DNA from: a virus
Lineage: Duplodnaviria; Heunggongvirae; Uroviricota; Caudoviricetes
Reading direction: 5' to 3' (one strand)
DNA: 64,000 bases
IMG/VR virus record: IMGVR_UViG_2595698353_000001
Span: 78,564 to 142,563 of that record
Shown: in pieces, positions 35,406 through 43,940 of the stretch
Position numbering within the stretch: the first letter of the stretch is position 1
How the letters are laid out: the number at the start of each line of letters is the position of its first letter
Notes under the pieces: generated by a model
What the model was told of the DNA's origin: nothing
Database searches by the model: none
The model's input: only the letters and a program-made list of their open reading frames with translations
Made by a program: the position numbers and the translations under genes

Positions 35406-35969
35406 GTGAGCAACGACAAGCCGAAGATGGACATCCAGGCCGGAGCGCTGTACAAGGCGCTGCTGAAGACGGCCGCCGACAGCGGCATGAAGGACCAGCT
35501 CGTCGAGGTGGCCAAGAAGATCGTCGACGACGCCGCCGACGTCGTGAAGGACGCCGCCAAGGACGTCATCGACCAGGCGAAGACCACCGGCATCCGCCTG
35601 CGCCCGGCCCCGACGCCGGAGGAGCAGGCCCAGGCCGAGCAGGACGCCCACGACCTCAATCTGGTCGAGTCCGACCAGGGGAATGTCGTCCTGAGCGATC
35701 CCTCCCCCGTCGACGAGGCGAGCGAGTACCCCGAGCTCGCCGTTCCCGTCAGCCACAAGCGCATCTACCTGGTGACGAAGATGCACGGCGTCCCGCCGGT
35801 CCAGATCGAGTGCAACCACCACTACGCGGGTCCGGGTGGCCACGAGTTCATTGCGTACGACGACGAGAACATCAGCCGCCTCGTGATGCACATCAACTAC
35901 GACCTCGTCGCGCAGGTCCAGGAGATCATCATCTCCGCCGACGCCGAGCCGACGGCGTCCGCCGAATGA
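35406..35969 (+). CDS. hypothetical protein (187 aa)
   Basis: RBS AGGAGAAACC then GTG. Confidence 0.55.
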   Translation: MSNDKPKMDIQAGALYKALLKTAADSGMKDQLVEVAKKIVDDAADVVKDAAKDVIDQAKTTGIRLRPAPTPEEQAQAEQDAHDLNLVESDQGNVVLSDPSPVDEASEYPELAVPVSHKRIYLVTKMHGVPPVQIECNHHYAGPGGHEFIAYDDENISRLVMHINYDLVAQVQEIIISADAEPTASAE

Positions 35970-36208
35970 GCGGCCCCAACTACGCGCGCCGGATCCCCAA
36001 CCGTGAGGCCAAGGCGGCACAGTGCGCCAAGGAGTACCGCGAGGGCGCATCGATCCGCGAGCTGATGGAGCGCCACGGCGTCTCGTACGGAGGGATGCGC
36101 GCGCTGGTCGTCTCCGGCGGCGCGGCCATGCGCCCCCGGGGCGGCGATGTCCGTGCCGGTGCCGAGTCCCGCCGCGACACCTCGGACCGGATGGAGGGAG
36201 GCCGGTGA
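35966..36208 (+). CDS. small HTH protein (80 aa)
   Basis: ASIRELMERHGVSYGGMRALV is an HTH. ATG overlaps the upstream stop. Confidence 0.5.
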   Translation: MSGPNYARRIPNREAKAAQCAKEYREGASIRELMERHGVSYGGMRALVVSGGAAMRPRGGDVRAGAESRRDTSDRMEGGR

Positions 36209-36969
36209 GCCCGAAGTACATCGCCCTCCGCGTCTCGTCGTTCGAGGACCTCGACGCCCTGCCGGTGACCCGGATGCTGGCGAACGTCACCGCGAAGCTG
36301 GACAGCTCGGTGTTCGACGCGCGCGACTTCGATTCCCGCTTCGACCCGGTCTCTCCGGCCGGGTTCGCCAAGTACCTCGAGCACTTCAGTGTGCCGGTGC
36401 TCCTCCTGGGCCACCTGCAGGGCGCGGCGCTGGTGCGCAACTACATCGGCACCACCGAGGGCTACCAGGCCTTCCGTGACGGCAAGCTGCTCGGTGCCGC
36501 GCTGATCTCGGACCCGTACCGTCCGCAGGGGCACCACCTCGGCAGCGGCGACCTGTCCGGGATGGGGATGTTCGGCGAGGGCCTGCGCTGGCCGCTGGCG
36601 ATGCCGGTGTACCACCTGGCCCACGAGGGTGACATCGTCACCAACGCCGAGCCCGGCTCGCCGCTGTACGACGTCAAGGGCCTCATGGACATGTTCCTGA
36701 CCGAGCCCTCGAGGACGCCCGGCAGCGCGCACACCTACTGCTGGGCCGAGGAGGCCTCGGTCGACCTGACCCGGCGTCGCTGGGCCTCTGAGGGGCTCGG
36801 CACGCCGACCGGCAAGCGTCTCGCGAAGCAGTACGCGAAGACGATCACCGACCTGCAGAACCACCACTACGGCGGCCTGTCGACGACGGCGTACCTCACG
36901 CCGATGCCGGACTCGGGCGAGACGTACATCGGCTACCTGGCCCGAATCATCGAGGAGACCTGGGCATGA
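36205..36969 (+). CDS. hypothetical protein (254 aa)
   Basis: GTG overlaps the upstream stop. In frame with track ORF 36022-36969. Confidence 0.55.
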   Translation: MSPKYIALRVSSFEDLDALPVTRMLANVTAKLDSSVFDARDFDSRFDPVSPAGFAKYLEHFSVPVLLLGHLQGAALVRNYIGTTEGYQAFRDGKLLGAALISDPYRPQGHHLGSGDLSGMGMFGEGLRWPLAMPVYHLAHEGDIVTNAEPGSPLYDVKGLMDMFLTEPSRTPGSAHTYCWAEEASVDLTRRRWASEGLGTPTGKRLAKQYAKTITDLQNHHYGGLSTTAYLTPMPDSGETYIGYLARIIEETWA

Positions 36970-37355
36970 CGGATATCCCCGTGGCCTTCACCCACCCGGG
37001 CGACGCTGCGATGGCATCGATTTCGGCCTCCGCCACCGCCGCGCTCAAGGACTCGTTCGTCCCGCTGACGGACGAGGCCCGGCTGCTCGTCGACGCCGCC
37101 CGCACGATCAACGGTGAGCGGCAGGACATGTACGGCGATGCGGAGGACTCCTTCGCCGTCATCGCCCGCTACTGGGCAAACCACCTCAATGCCGTCAACC
37201 GCACCGACGACATCGAGATCCGGCCGCGCGACGTCGCGGCCATGATGGTGCTCTTCAAGCTCGCCCGCGAGGTCAACGCACCTAAAAGGGACAATCGCCT
37301 GGATGGCGCGGGCTATTTCGGACTCATGGAACGCTGCATCCTCGCCGAGGACTGA
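36966..37355 (+). CDS. conserved phage hypothetical protein (129 aa)
   Basis: ATG overlaps the upstream stop. Motif TINGERQDMYGDAEDSFAVIARYWANHL. Confidence 0.55.
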   Translation: MTDIPVAFTHPGDAAMASISASATAALKDSFVPLTDEARLLVDAARTINGERQDMYGDAEDSFAVIARYWANHLNAVNRTDDIEIRPRDVAAMMVLFKLAREVNAPKRDNRLDGAGYFGLMERCILAED

Positions 37356-37366
37356 AAGGACTCGCC

Positions 37367-37942
37367 ATGCCCGCAACACGCAATTCCGATCCCAACACTT
37401 CGCACGAGGCCGAGAAGTCGGTCCGCATCGGCCCCAGCCGCAAGGACGTCTACCGGACCTTCTTCAAGTACGGCCCGATGACCGACGCCGAGCTCCTCCA
37501 GGCGTACCGGCTGCCCTCCGAGGTGCTCGTCCCGCAGTCCGACTCGGGCCTGCGCAGCCGTCGCGCCGAGCTCGTCGCCCAGGGGATGCTCGAGGCCCGG
37601 GGCATCACGGCGAACGCCACCGGCCGCAAGGTCACCATCTGGGCCATCCCGGGTCGCACCCGGGGCACCCGGAGCCTGGAGAAGGCGATCAAGGAGGCCA
37701 GCACGCACTCTGACGCCCTGCTCGGCAGGCTGCTGGCCTCCGAGCGCGCCCTGAGCGCGGCCAACTCCTCGCTCCTCCGCCAGGAGCACACGATCCTGGA
37801 CATGGGCCGTCGGCTGGACGCCGTCCAGGCCACCTCGAGCCAGTGGCTCAAGGCCCGCCGTCGGGGCAAGTTCATCCAGATCGCGTCGGTCGAGAAGACC
37901 ATCAAGAAGATCGACGACTCGGCGCGCCCGTCGTGTGGCTGA
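37367..37942 (+). CDS. winged-helix DNA-binding protein with coiled-coil C-terminus
   Basis: RKDVYRTFFKYGPMTDAELLQAY...RKVTIWAI resembles MarR/GntR-like wH. Confidence 0.55.
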   Translation: MPATRNSDPNTSHEAEKSVRIGPSRKDVYRTFFKYGPMTDAELLQAYRLPSEVLVPQSDSGLRSRRAELVAQGMLEARGITANATGRKVTIWAIPGRTRGTRSLEKAIKEASTHSDALLGRLLASERALSAANSSLLRQEHTILDMGRRLDAVQATSSQWLKARRRGKFIQIASVEKTIKKIDDSARPSCG

Positions 37943-37943
37943 T

Positions 37944-37973
37944 TTGCCCCGGCCCATAGGTGTGCTGTAGTCT
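37944..37973 (+). promoter_or_regulatory. promoter P4 (TTGCCC-N18-TAGTCT) with dyad GCTGTAGTCTATCTACAGC overlapping -10
   Basis: Family architecture, followed by leader CAGCAAGCAAGATCAACCCCTCCAGGAGGA. Confidence 0.5.
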
Positions 37974-38012
37974 ATCTACAGCAAGCAAGATCAACCCCTC
38001 CAGGAGGACACC

Positions 38013-38336
38013 ATGGCCGCGCAGACACTGATCACCGATCTCGAGAACGCCCTCGTCATCGCCTTCCAGGGCCTGGTCGTCGGCAACTCCGACCCCCGCA
38101 ACGATCGCGACGCCACCCGGCACGAGATCCGCGCCCGCGCCGAGGAGCTGGCCGAGCAGCTGACCAACGCCTCCGGCTGGGAGTGGTTCCGGTCCGACGA
38201 GGCCGAGGAGACCGACACCCCGGCTGAGCAGGCCGTCCGCGAGTTCATCGAGGCCGAGTGGAGCCTGGAGTTCCAGGAGCATCAGATCGACGCCTTCGTG
38301 CAGGCCGTCGTCGCGCGCGGCTGGACCGTCGCGTGA
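38013..38336 (+). CDS. hypothetical acidic protein (107 aa)
   Basis: Promoter plus conserved leader upstream. Confidence 0.55.
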   Translation: MAAQTLITDLENALVIAFQGLVVGNSDPRNDRDATRHEIRARAEELAEQLTNASGWEWFRSDEAEETDTPAEQAVREFIEAEWSLEFQEHQIDAFVQAVVARGWTVA

Positions 38337-38431
38337 CCGGGCGCGAGTGGCTCGGCCTGTTCGTTGCCCCGCTCCTCGTGGTCGGCGGCTTCGCGGCAGC
38401 AATCCTTCTCGCCTGGTGGCTGGGTCTGTGA
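38333..38431 (+). CDS. small membrane protein (32 aa, VTGREWLGLFVAPLLVVGGFAAAILLAWWLGL)
   Basis: GTGA overlap with the upstream stop. Single TM helix. Not in track (under 60 aa). Confidence 0.3.
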   Translation: MTGREWLGLFVAPLLVVGGFAAAILLAWWLGL

Positions 38432-38469
38432 CCCGGCCGCCGGTCGGCCCCTACCCGAAAGATCCCAAC

Positions 38470-38820
38470 ATGACGCTCCCCGACCTATCCGTGCCGAAGC
38501 TGGTTGTCCTGCAGCAGACCAAGAGCAAGCACACGGTCAGCTTCGCCGTCCACGGCGCGCCGATGTTCACGCAGAACGAGCGCCGCTTCCGGGGCATGAA
38601 GGTCCTCCCGCAGACCCTGCTGGTGGAGGCCCGCAGCGACCTCGAGTCCGGCTGGCGTCTGCATCACGTGACCATGATCGGCGTGACACCCGACGGTGAG
38701 CCTGCCGCCCTCACGCTGCGCACCGGCAAGGGCGAGATGCGCGTGCTGCCGAACTGGGCTATCTCGAGCGTGAACGAGGTGCTCGAGCTCCTGCGCGCCA
38801 ACGACGGGCGCGAGGACTGA
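38470..38820 (+). CDS. hypothetical protein (116 aa)
   Basis: Internal ATG of track ORF 38347-38820. Upstream part is Arg/Pro junk. Confidence 0.5.
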   Translation: MTLPDLSVPKLVVLQQTKSKHTVSFAVHGAPMFTQNERRFRGMKVLPQTLLVEARSDLESGWRLHHVTMIGVTPDGEPAALTLRTGKGEMRVLPNWAISSVNEVLELLRANDGRED

Positions 38821-38823
38821 GCC

Positions 38824-38964
38824 ATGCGTCAGACCACCGTCTTCCTCATCGCTGCCGCGATCATCGCCTTCGGTCTCGTCGCCGGGATTGTCGCCGGAGC
38901 CATGACGGCCCCGGATAAGTCCGAGGCCCCCGTGATCTATCCCGAGTGCACCATCGCTGTCTGA
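38824..38964 (+). CDS. small membrane protein (46 aa, MRQTTVFLIAAAIIAFGLVAGIVAGAM...)
   Basis: ATG 3 nt after the upstream stop. Hydrophobic helix. Not in track. Confidence 0.35.
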   Translation: MRQTTVFLIAAAIIAFGLVAGIVAGAMTAPDKSEAPVIYPECTIAV

Positions 38965-38988
38965 TCCACTCAACCCGAAAGAGAGTTC

Positions 38989-39816
38989 ATGAACCGCAAG
39001 GTGTTTCCCGCCGCCCTCATCGCCACGGCCGTCGTCTTCGGCGGCACCGCGTGCACGATGACCAGCACCGCCCCGAACGAGGTCGGCGTGGTCTACGCGG
39101 ACGGCTTCATGCACGACAAGTCGTTCAAGTCGTGCGTCAACCCGAGCACGAACGATGTCAGCTCGTGGTACTCGAAGTCGTACAAGTACTACTCCGACCA
39201 GCGCACCTACGTCTTCACGGGCGACGGCACCGGCGACGGCGTCGACGTTCCGGCCCTGAGCTTCGTGACCAAGGACAACCAGCAGATGTTCGTGCCGGGG
39301 CAGATGACGTTCCGCCTGAACACCGACTGCGACGTCCTGCGCAAGTTCCACGAGGACATCGCGCTGAAGAGCGGCTGGTCCGAGACGCTGCGGATCTACC
39401 TGTTCCAGCCCCTGCAGGACGCGCTCACCGAGGTGAGCAAGAACTACGACTGGGGCCAGCTGTACTCGGACTCTGCCGTGCGCACCGAGTGGGCGCAGGC
39501 CGTCCGCGACAAGCTGCCGGAGAAGGTCAAGCAGGCCGGTGCGGCGGAGTACTTCACCGAGTTCTCGCTGATGCTGCAGCAGCCGAACGTCACCGAGAAC
39601 CTGCGCAAGGCGATCGAGCAGGTCCAGGTCGCCCGGCAGGAGAACTCCGCCCAGACGGAGCGCAACGCGCAGGTCACCAACGAGCTGAAGTCGATCACGG
39701 ACCTCGTCGCGGTCCTCGGCCCGGAGGGCTACAACACCTACCAGGCCATCAAGGACGGCAAGATCCAGATCATGCCGGTCCCGCAGGGCACCAGCATCGT
39801 CGTCCAGCCGAAGTAG
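38989..39816 (+). CDS. lipoprotein (signal peptide plus lipobox GGTAC)
   Basis: MNRKVFPAALIATAVVFGGTAC is a type II signal peptide. Confidence 0.65.
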   Translation: MNRKVFPAALIATAVVFGGTACTMTSTAPNEVGVVYADGFMHDKSFKSCVNPSTNDVSSWYSKSYKYYSDQRTYVFTGDGTGDGVDVPALSFVTKDNQQMFVPGQMTFRLNTDCDVLRKFHEDIALKSGWSETLRIYLFQPLQDALTEVSKNYDWGQLYSDSAVRTEWAQAVRDKLPEKVKQAGAAEYFTEFSLMLQQPNVTENLRKAIEQVQVARQENSAQTERNAQVTNELKSITDLVAVLGPEGYNTYQAIKDGKIQIMPVPQGTSIVVQPK

Positions 39817-39825
39817 GAGGCAGTC

Positions 39826-40020
39826 GTGAGTCAGCCCGAGCAGGTCGTCCGCGTGGCCGCGAGCAAGCTCCGCGTGGGCATGACGATCGCCGACCTCCCG
39901 ATCGCCCGTGGCGGCGTGATCGACGGCGTCGTGGCCAACGGCAAGACCACCAGCGTGTGGATGGGTGACCGCCTGCGGACCTTCAAGAACACCGTGATGG
40001 TGGCGGTCCTGCCGGACTGA
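39826..40020 (+). CDS. hypothetical protein (64 aa)
   Basis: RBS GGAGG then GTG. Confidence 0.45.
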   Translation: MSQPEQVVRVAASKLRVGMTIADLPIARGGVIDGVVANGKTTSVWMGDRLRTFKNTVMVAVLPD

Positions 40021-40021
40021 T

Positions 40022-40051
40022 TTGCGCTACCCTACATGTGTCTAGTACACT
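40022..40051 (+). promoter_or_regulatory. promoter P5 (TTGCGC-N18-TACACT)
   Basis: Identical hexamers to P2. Leader GCAGCCACTCAACCCCTCCAGGAGGA follows. Confidence 0.5.
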
Positions 40052-40088
40052 GGACGTAGCAGCCACTCAACCCCTCCAGGAGGACCCC

Positions 40089-40361
40089 ATGAACGCCACC
40101 GCCATCACCATCGCCGCCTACCTGCACGAGGTCATCAACACCGAGGCCGACGGCAGCATCGACGAGCTGATCGCCGACGCCGCGCAGGGTGTCGCCTCCC
40201 GATTCTCGAACGGCAAGGCCGGAGCGGCCGAGGCCAAGAAGGTCGCCGACCAGTTCATCCTCGAGCTGGTGCTGGCCTTCACCAACGCCACCACCGAGTG
40301 GACCGTGGCCGACATCGTCGAGGACATCGCCGCCGAGCTCGACGCGCAGGGCTGGCACTGA
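40089..40361 (+). CDS. hypothetical acidic protein (90 aa)
   Basis: Start at ATG after the conserved leader. Track start at 40038 lies in the leader. Confidence 0.55.
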   Translation: MNATAITIAAYLHEVINTEADGSIDELIADAAQGVASRFSNGKAGAAEAKKVADQFILELVLAFTNATTEWTVADIVEDIAAELDAQGWH

Positions 40362-40393
40362 CCCGCATTGATCCCCAACCGAAGGAGAGAGCA

Positions 40394-40627
40394 ATGAGCG
40401 AGAACCCGATCCTGGTTGAGCCCGACTCCCGGGGACGCGTGTCCCTAAGTCAAGTCGGCCGCAAGTCCCGGTACTACCGCGTCACCGAGGAGGCGGGCGG
40501 CATCATCGTCCTCCGCCCCGCCGTCATCCTCACCGTCGACGAGGCGCTCGAGCAGGGCGTGGATCCCGACGTCGTCGAGGAGCTGCTCGGCGGCCGCACG
40601 GTGGAGTCGCCGAGCGCCGATGAGTGA
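40394..40627 (+). CDS. hypothetical protein (77 aa)
   Basis: RBS GAAGGAGAGAG then ATG. In frame with track ORF 40298-40627. Confidence 0.5.
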   Translation: MSENPILVEPDSRGRVSLSQVGRKSRYYRVTEEAGGIIVLRPAVILTVDEALEQGVDPDVVEELLGGRTVESPSADE

Positions 40628-41114
40628 CCAGGAGGTCCTCTTCCTCGACCCCGGCACCGGCGCGCGTGTGCACGCGTCCATCAACCGGGACGGGACGGTC
40701 GCCGTCCACGAGGGCGGCTTCGTTCAGACCCTGACCCAGTTCATGTCCAACGCAAAGGAGCACACGTACGTGATCACCCCCGAATCCACTCTCGCCGAGC
40801 TCGAGGCCGCCCGCGAGGTCGAGGCGCAGAAGCGCGAGAAGGCGCGCACGAAGGCCGTGCGCCACAGCGACCGGATCAAGGTGCTGGACGACCTGATCAA
40901 GAAGGCCAAGCTGCCGAAGGAGCCCGCCAATGGCGGCACCGTGAGGATCGTCCGGCTGCGCCGGAACCTGGTATTCGCGAGTCGACTCGCCAGCGGGAAT
41001 TGGGCCTTGCACGAGCTCGGTCGCCGCCTCTCGTGGGACGAGCTGATGGGCTGGGCCTCGTCCTACGGGTCGTTCACCGTGGAGCGCGTCGTCGCCTTCG
41101 AGGCCATCGCTTGA
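40620..41114 (+). CDS. hypothetical protein (164 aa)
   Basis: ATG overlaps the upstream gene end. Confidence 0.55.
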   Translation: MSDQEVLFLDPGTGARVHASINRDGTVAVHEGGFVQTLTQFMSNAKEHTYVITPESTLAELEAAREVEAQKREKARTKAVRHSDRIKVLDDLIKKAKLPKEPANGGTVRIVRLRRNLVFASRLASGNWALHELGRRLSWDELMGWASSYGSFTVERVVAFEAIA

Positions 41115-41353
41115 TCCCCATCTGGTGGAGCTGGGCTCTCACCACCATCGGTCTCGCCGGGCTGGCGCTCGTGTACGCCCGCCCGGCGAGCCTGATCGGC
41201 CCGCTCATCGGCATCGCTGTGCAGGGGCTGTGGATCGCCTACGCCGTCGCCACCCTGCAGTTCGGATTCATCGTCTCGGCCCTCGGTTACGGGGCCGTCA
41301 ATATCTACGGGCTGCGCATGCGGCGGCTCGCGAAGGAGAGTCAGAGTGCCTGA
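41111..41353 (+). CDS. small integral membrane protein (about 80 aa, 2-3 TM)
   Basis: LIPIWWSWALTTIGLAGLALVY...IAVQGLWIAYAVATLQFGFIVSALGYGAV. TTG overlaps the upstream stop. Start is uncertain. Confidence 0.4.
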   Translation: MIPIWWSWALTTIGLAGLALVYARPASLIGPLIGIAVQGLWIAYAVATLQFGFIVSALGYGAVNIYGLRMRRLAKESQSA

Positions 41354-41894
41354 GTACCCCCGGACCGACCTGCTGTCGGCCACGGACACCTTCCTGGAGG
41401 CAGCGGACCACCCGTTCCCCGAGGTGCCGTCCGCGCCGTCGGTGGAGCTGTTCGCGTCCCGCCTGGCGATGATCACCGAGGAGTTCCGCGAGCTGTTCGC
41501 ATCGGTCGGGCTCACCCCGCTCGACGTCGCCTTCGCGGCGTCCATTACGGACCACGACCAGCTCACCGAGCAGCTGGCACTCCAGCTCGAGGGTCAGCAG
41601 ATCGACCTCGCCGAGGCGGTCGACGCCTTCGACGACATCATCGTCGTGGCGCACGGCGGTGCGCGGGAGATCGCGGGTCCGGCCACCAACGAGGCCGCCT
41701 GGGAGGTGGCGCGGGCCAACCTGGACAAGATCGTGGACGGCAAGGTCGTGCGCACGCCGAAGGGCAAGATCACCAAGCCGGAGGGGCACCGGGCTGCCGA
41801 CGTCGAGAGCGTGCTGCGCCGGTACGGCATGGATCAGCGCCACGACGTGCTCGTGCGCACCGACATGCCCGTCGCCGAGGAGGCCTCGAAGTGA
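41346..41894 (+). CDS. hypothetical protein, possibly MazG-like all-alpha NTP pyrophosphohydrolase
   Basis: ITEEFRELFASVG...AVDAFDDIIVVAHG resembles the EExxE/D acidic helices. Low confidence. Confidence 0.45.
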   Translation: MPEYPRTDLLSATDTFLEAADHPFPEVPSAPSVELFASRLAMITEEFRELFASVGLTPLDVAFAASITDHDQLTEQLALQLEGQQIDLAEAVDAFDDIIVVAHGGAREIAGPATNEAAWEVARANLDKIVDGKVVRTPKGKITKPEGHRAADVESVLRRYGMDQRHDVLVRTDMPVAEEASK

Positions 41895-42208
41895 AGATCA
41901 CGCTGCCCACGGGCGTTGTCATCGAGAGCGACCGGGTCATCCATATCGACGGGGTCGAGATCCGCGAGTCTGCTCCGGCCGCTCCGGCCGCTCCGGAGGT
42001 CAGGAGGCCCGCGATCGAGCTGTCCATGCAGGGAGCGCAGACGCTCCAGTACGTCCGCGACAGCGAGGGTCCGGTCTCGACCACCGATGTCCGCCGCTCC
42101 CTGGCCATCGGTAGCGAGACGGCGCGCTGCCGACTCAAGAAGCTCGTCCTGCAGGGCCTGATCATTCAGGTCTCCCCGGGCCGGTACGTCGCCGCGAAGA
42201 CCCGCTAG
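41891..42208 (+). CDS. MKITLP-family winged-helix protein, paralog 1
   Basis: N-terminus MKITLPTGVVIESD is shared with 42521. C-terminal RLKKLVLQGLIIQVSPGRYV is a wH. Confidence 0.55.
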   Translation: MKITLPTGVVIESDRVIHIDGVEIRESAPAAPAAPEVRRPAIELSMQGAQTLQYVRDSEGPVSTTDVRRSLAIGSETARCRLKKLVLQGLIIQVSPGRYVAAKTR

Positions 42209-42218
42209 AGCAAGGCGT

Positions 42219-42248
42219 TTGCACTAACCTACAGGTGTCCTGTAGGCT
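42219..42248 (+). promoter_or_regulatory. promoter P6 (TTGCAC-N18-TAGGCT) with perfect dyad CCTACAGGTGTCCTGTAGG
   Basis: Family architecture, followed by leader GCAGCAAGAAACCAACACTCCAGGAGG. Confidence 0.5.
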
Positions 42249-42284
42249 AGACGCAGCAAGAAACCAACACTCCAGGAGGCCCCC

Positions 42285-42497
42285 ATGGCAAAGCGCACCG
42301 CCACCCCCGAGATCGAGGTCAACCGACGCGATCTCGTGCGCACCGAGGGCGTGACCCTCGACGGTGATCCCGCGAAGATCAGCGGAGCCCGTCTCGACTT
42401 CCCGGTCATCGTCTCCCGTTCCGGGAAGGCCGTGGAGTACTCGTGGCTCACCGTCGCACGCAAGGTCGCCGACGGCCGCCTCGACTTCCAGTCCTGA
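42285..42497 (+). CDS. hypothetical protein (70 aa)
   Basis: Promoter plus leader upstream. Confidence 0.55.
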   Translation: MAKRTATPEIEVNRRDLVRTEGVTLDGDPAKISGARLDFPVIVSRSGKAVEYSWLTVARKVADGRLDFQS

Positions 42498-42520
42498 AAC
42501 CCAAGAGAGGTTCCACCAGC

Positions 42521-42886
42521 ATGAAGATCACCCTTCCCAGCGGCGTCGTCATCGAGTCGGACGAGGGAGTCAATGTCGGCGGCGTCGAGATCGCCCCGAT
42601 CAAGCTGAAGCAGATTCCGAAGCCGCCGGAGGCGCAGGACTCCGACGTCACAGCGGTGCAGGCCCAGGCTCTTCGGTCGGAGGAGGCCCGGCTGGGCAAG
42701 GTCTTGCGCGAGACGCTCGCGATGCTCCGCGAGTACGACAGCCCCGTCTCCGTCTCGCATGTTGCGCAGCTGATGGACATCAACTGTGCGACGTCCAGCC
42801 GTCGCCTGATCGCGCTCACCGACACCGGCCTGGTGGAGCGCATCCGTCGCGGGATCTACCGGACCGTGAAGTTCGCGGAGGTGTAG
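42521..42886 (+). CDS. MKITLP-family winged-helix protein, paralog 2
   Basis: MKITLPSGVVIESDEG. C-terminal SSRRLIALTDTGLVERIRRGIYR is a wH. Start at internal ATG of track ORF 42443-42886, after AAGAGAGG. Confidence 0.55.
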   Translation: MKITLPSGVVIESDEGVNVGGVEIAPIKLKQIPKPPEAQDSDVTAVQAQALRSEEARLGKVLRETLAMLREYDSPVSVSHVAQLMDINCATSSRRLIALTDTGLVERIRRGIYRTVKFAEV

Positions 42887-43711
42887 GTGCTCATCGCCAT
42901 CGTCTTGATCCTGATCGCCGTCTCTGGCACGGCGATCGGGGTCCAGACGCAGAGGCTCATCGTGCGGAACCGGGCCGCGCAGCTGGAGGCGGCCGAGAAC
43001 GACTACCGGCGCGCTCTGCTGGCCGACCTCAAGCCCGAGGACGTCCAGTGGCTGCACAACACCGGGGCCGTCTGGGTCAGCTCCGAGCGGGCCGACCTGG
43101 ACCCGGTGAAGGTGCTCGAGGCCGCCGCCGAGGAGGAGCGGGCCAAGCAGGAGGCCGAACAGAAGCGTCAGCTCGAGCTCGCGATGGCCGAGCTGAATGC
43201 CAAGCGAACGGCCGCCCGTCAGGCCGAGGCGTCGCGGCTCAAGATGGAGGCCGCCAAGGCAAGGCAGGAGCGAGATGAGTGGGAGCGAAAGCAGGCGGCC
43301 GCCAACGCACTGGCGCAGCTCCGGAAGAGCAGCGAAAAGAGCCGCCATTCGGATCAGCACTACATGTACATCAATCGCTGGGGGGACAGCGAAGGCTGCA
43401 GCTGCGACCACTGCTACGAAGACTGGGCCGATGATGACGGGGAGCGGTCCTGGTCCGCGCTCGACCCCAAGACGGAGAAGGGGTTCAGCGACCTCCGAGC
43501 CGAGATCCGGGGGTCTCAGCACCCGGTCGTCATCGCCATCGACAGAGCGACCGGCGAGGCCTCGGTCAAGCGCCCCCTGGACGTCCGAAAGGGCCAGGAG
43601 TACGTCATCAAGACCGACAACAAGCCGCACCTCAAGTACCACCCGATCCCGGACAGCTGGAAGCAGGCCCTCGAACCGCCGAGGCCCATCGACTACGACC
43701 CCTACGACTAG
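42887..43711 (+). CDS. membrane-anchored coiled-coil protein (274 aa)
   Basis: N-terminal TM MLIAIVLILIAVSGTAIG. Long charged EAEQKRQLELAMAEL helix. CSCDHC motif. Confidence 0.55.
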   Translation: MLIAIVLILIAVSGTAIGVQTQRLIVRNRAAQLEAAENDYRRALLADLKPEDVQWLHNTGAVWVSSERADLDPVKVLEAAAEEERAKQEAEQKRQLELAMAELNAKRTAARQAEASRLKMEAAKARQERDEWERKQAAANALAQLRKSSEKSRHSDQHYMYINRWGDSEGCSCDHCYEDWADDDGERSWSALDPKTEKGFSDLRAEIRGSQHPVVIAIDRATGEASVKRPLDVRKGQEYVIKTDNKPHLKYHPIPDSWKQALEPPRPIDYDPYD

Positions 43712-43720
43712 GAGCACCCC

Positions 43721-43933
43721 ATGCCCGCCAACCATCTCATCGTCCCGACGTCCAAACACTTCTTCCGGGGGCAGGAGGCCGCCCGGAACGACTACCGCAA
43801 GGCCTCCGACGTCGACCCGAATGACGACCTGCTCGGCCGGATGCACCCCAGCTTCGCCGCCGGTTACCGCCAGGAGCTCCGTGAGCTGAAGGCCATCGCC
43901 GCGTCCCAGTCCATCCCCGCCTACGCCAGCTAG
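43721..43933 (+). CDS. hypothetical protein (70 aa)
   Basis: RBS GGAG upstream. Confidence 0.45.
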   Translation: MPANHLIVPTSKHFFRGQEAARNDYRKASDVDPNDDLLGRMHPSFAAGYRQELRELKAIAASQSIPAYAS

Positions 43934-43940
43934 GAGCCCC

